DNA of 63,595 nucleotides, filler included, from Craspedostauros australis (Eukaryota): the NCBI GenBank assembly GCA_030167865.1. It is 10 parts of 10 records of this genome, joined end to end, with 100 filler letters (N's around TTAATTAATTAA, not from the genome) between each part and the next. Parts side by side here need not be neighbours in the genome. Positions count along the whole stretch, not along the records: positions 61,990 to 63,595 come from JALAGF010001786.1; 9 more parts are not named here. The stretch is one strand, 5' to 3'. Shown here one piece after another: positions 61,890-63,595 of this stretch. The first letter of the stretch is position 1; every line of letters begins with the position of its first letter. The notes under the pieces are model-generated. The model searched no databases and was not told the DNA's origin. It saw nothing but the letters and a program-made list of their open reading frames with translations. A program made the translations under genes and the position numbers.

Positions 61890-62468
61890 NNNNNNNNNNN
61901 NNNNNNNNNNNNNNNNNNNNNNNNNNNNNNNNNTTAATTAATTAANNNNNNNNNNNNNNNNNNNNNNNNNNNNNNNNNNNNNNNNNNNNCACCTTTGACG
62001 ATTCTGGTATGTTGCAGCATGGTGCATTGTCGTTCAGTCGAGCCTGACAAAACATGGAATGTGCAACGAGCAGCGCGTTGTGTCGATCAATGCGCCTATG
62101 TAATTTAGTGTCCTTTGCCACAGTGGGTAGGCATCGGAAAATAGTGCAGAATCCGACTCACTATCGAATATAGAAAGGCTGTGTGGGATGAGTTGGATGC
62201 TCTATGTGCATNGTATCACATTGGATATGCTGTACCATATCAAGGTACTTTGGAAATGGTTTGCGCGCAAGAGGTCAAAGAGAAGCCAGAGCACGCGCAC
62301 ATTTCAGCAAGACACGGGAATTTCGCCGAAAGTGCTTTGAAACCACGTACCCAAGACTTCCACCAGTCCGGTCCCGTTCGCAACGATGTCGAAACTCAAA
62401 AGAGTCGGATGAGGACACCAGGTGAGTGTGTTAGGACGTTAAATAGACGTTACAAACGTTATTTGAGA

Positions 62469-62850
62469 TATTGCTACTTTCATCGAAGTGGTATTACTTT
62501 CATCGAAGTGGTATTACTTTCATCGAAGTGGTATTACTTTCATCGAAGTGGTATTACTTTCATCNNNNNNNNNNNNNNNNNNNNNNNNNNNNNNNNNNNN
62601 NNNNNNNNNNNNNNNNNNNNNNNNNNNNNNNNNNNNNNNNNNNNNNNNNNNNNNNNNNNNNNNNNAAGTGGTATTACTTTCATCGAAGTGGTATTACTTT
62701 CATCGAAGTGGTATTACTTTCATCGAAGTGGTATTACTTTCATCGAAGTGCTGTTACTTTCATCGAAGTGCTATTACTTTCATCGAAGTGCTATTACTTT
62801 CATCGAATGGTTGCGACCATCATTGGCACGTGCGTACTTTCATCGAAATA
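62469..62850. repeat. 20-bp tandem satellite TACTTTCATCGAAGTGGTAT
   Basis: At least 11 near-perfect head-to-tail copies spanning an N gap; no spacers. Confidence 0.95.
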
Positions 62851-63184
62851 CTGTTGGTGACGGTCGGATGACAGACGGAGACGCAGCAATTTCCCGTCTC
62901 CACAGCGTCTGCAGAGACGACCAGAGCATCCACAAAAATCTCACATCTCGCACATCTCGCACACACACACAACAACACGCATCCGTATCCTCTCCTGATT
63001 GTCACAAGTTCACTGTAATCCCATGCTGCAGGCCAAGCTCTCTTTTCAGCTGTGCTACAATTATGTATGCAACTCTCTAAGATACTACAGTTAGAATGTC
63101 CACCGTCAATCAGTACAATCAGTACAAGGAAGCTGCTGAATCTTTGGATTGGAGATACTATTTGATGCAGCTATTGTCATTACT

Positions 63185-63595
63185 CTATCGCTGTGTTTCA
63201 CGGAGATCATTTTTACGTTGTTGCCAATACAGCGACTCGTATTTTGACCGCTTTGCTGCATGGAAATGTTGTCTGAATTGCTTCATCGGAAACTCCTGAT
63301 AGCATTGTCTCTTTTGATACAACTCCAATGGTTTGAGAGAATTCAAGGATGAATCCTTGAAGTCCTTTCGAAGCATGCTTTGTGCCTCAGAGCCATCCCA
63401 TCTGAGTTTTGCAGCTGGCTTTGTGGAAATTGTCATCTTTCGGAAAGCAGCCAGACAATCCTCTGCCTCTGCAGCGTCATCCTTGTGCTGTTTCCACTTT
63501 TTGCGAAGGCGGTTCAGATTGCTGCGGAAGTTGGTGTAGTTCACCTCTGAGAATTCTGCATGGCTTTCGTAGATGGCCTTTGGCTTCATCTCCTC
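63185..63595 (-). CDS. Hypothetical protein (5'-partial) with an internally duplicated helical module, possibly TE-associated
   Basis: Open frame to the window edge. KPKAIYESHAEFSEVNYTNFRSNL aligns with KPLELYQKRQCYQEFPMKQFRQHF; the second copy is preceded by WDGSEAQSMLRKD. Confidence 0.6.
   Translation of the reverse strand, partial: EEMKPKAIYESHAEFSEVNYTNFRSNLNRLRKKWKQHKDDAAEAEDCLAAFRKMTISTKPAAKLRWDGSEAQSMLRKDFKDSSLNSLKPLELYQKRQCYQEFPMKQFRQHFHAAKRSKYESLYWQQRKNDLRETQR

Noticed and set aside
62469..62850. CRISPR array
   Set aside because: Repeats are head-to-tail with no unique spacers, there are no cas genes, and the context is eukaryotic.

Overview
Eukaryotic nuclear DNA, almost certainly a diatom. 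Evidence: GT-AG introns, a diatom-type cyclin, ASAFAP-like bipartite plastid presequences and a copia fragment. The window is not contiguous: ten contigs are joined by artificial 100-nt N44-TTAATTAATTAA-N44 linkers. The gene-rich contigs (1-21671, 25890-29915, 30016-56357) encode a diatom-type cyclin, POLE2, TMEM199/Vma12, CCDC43, a nucleus-encoded Cox1 C-terminal fragment, TAF5, a BTB protein, a partial GST, a 4-exon ATX1-type copper chaperone missed by the ORF track, partial Sec24, an EDR2_C/DUF1336 protein, a Tic22-like protein, an NAD(P) transhydrogenase with a plastid-type presequence, a membrane-anchored SET protein, RPL37, an organellar ThrRS and a P/U-type cyclin. The small contigs are repeats: a copia pol fragment, a hairpin-rich LTR family (one two-copy element abutting a Mutator transposase remnant), a second LTR with an 18-nt tRNAiMet-type PBS, and several satellites. 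The best leads are the Cox1-c with a WW-like tail, the probably plastid-targeted transhydrogenase, an SQ/TQ-cluster tail on POLE2, and the structured miniature LTR element. I found no CRISPR array, rRNA or tRNA gene. All family calls come from motif recognition by eye; no database searches were run.
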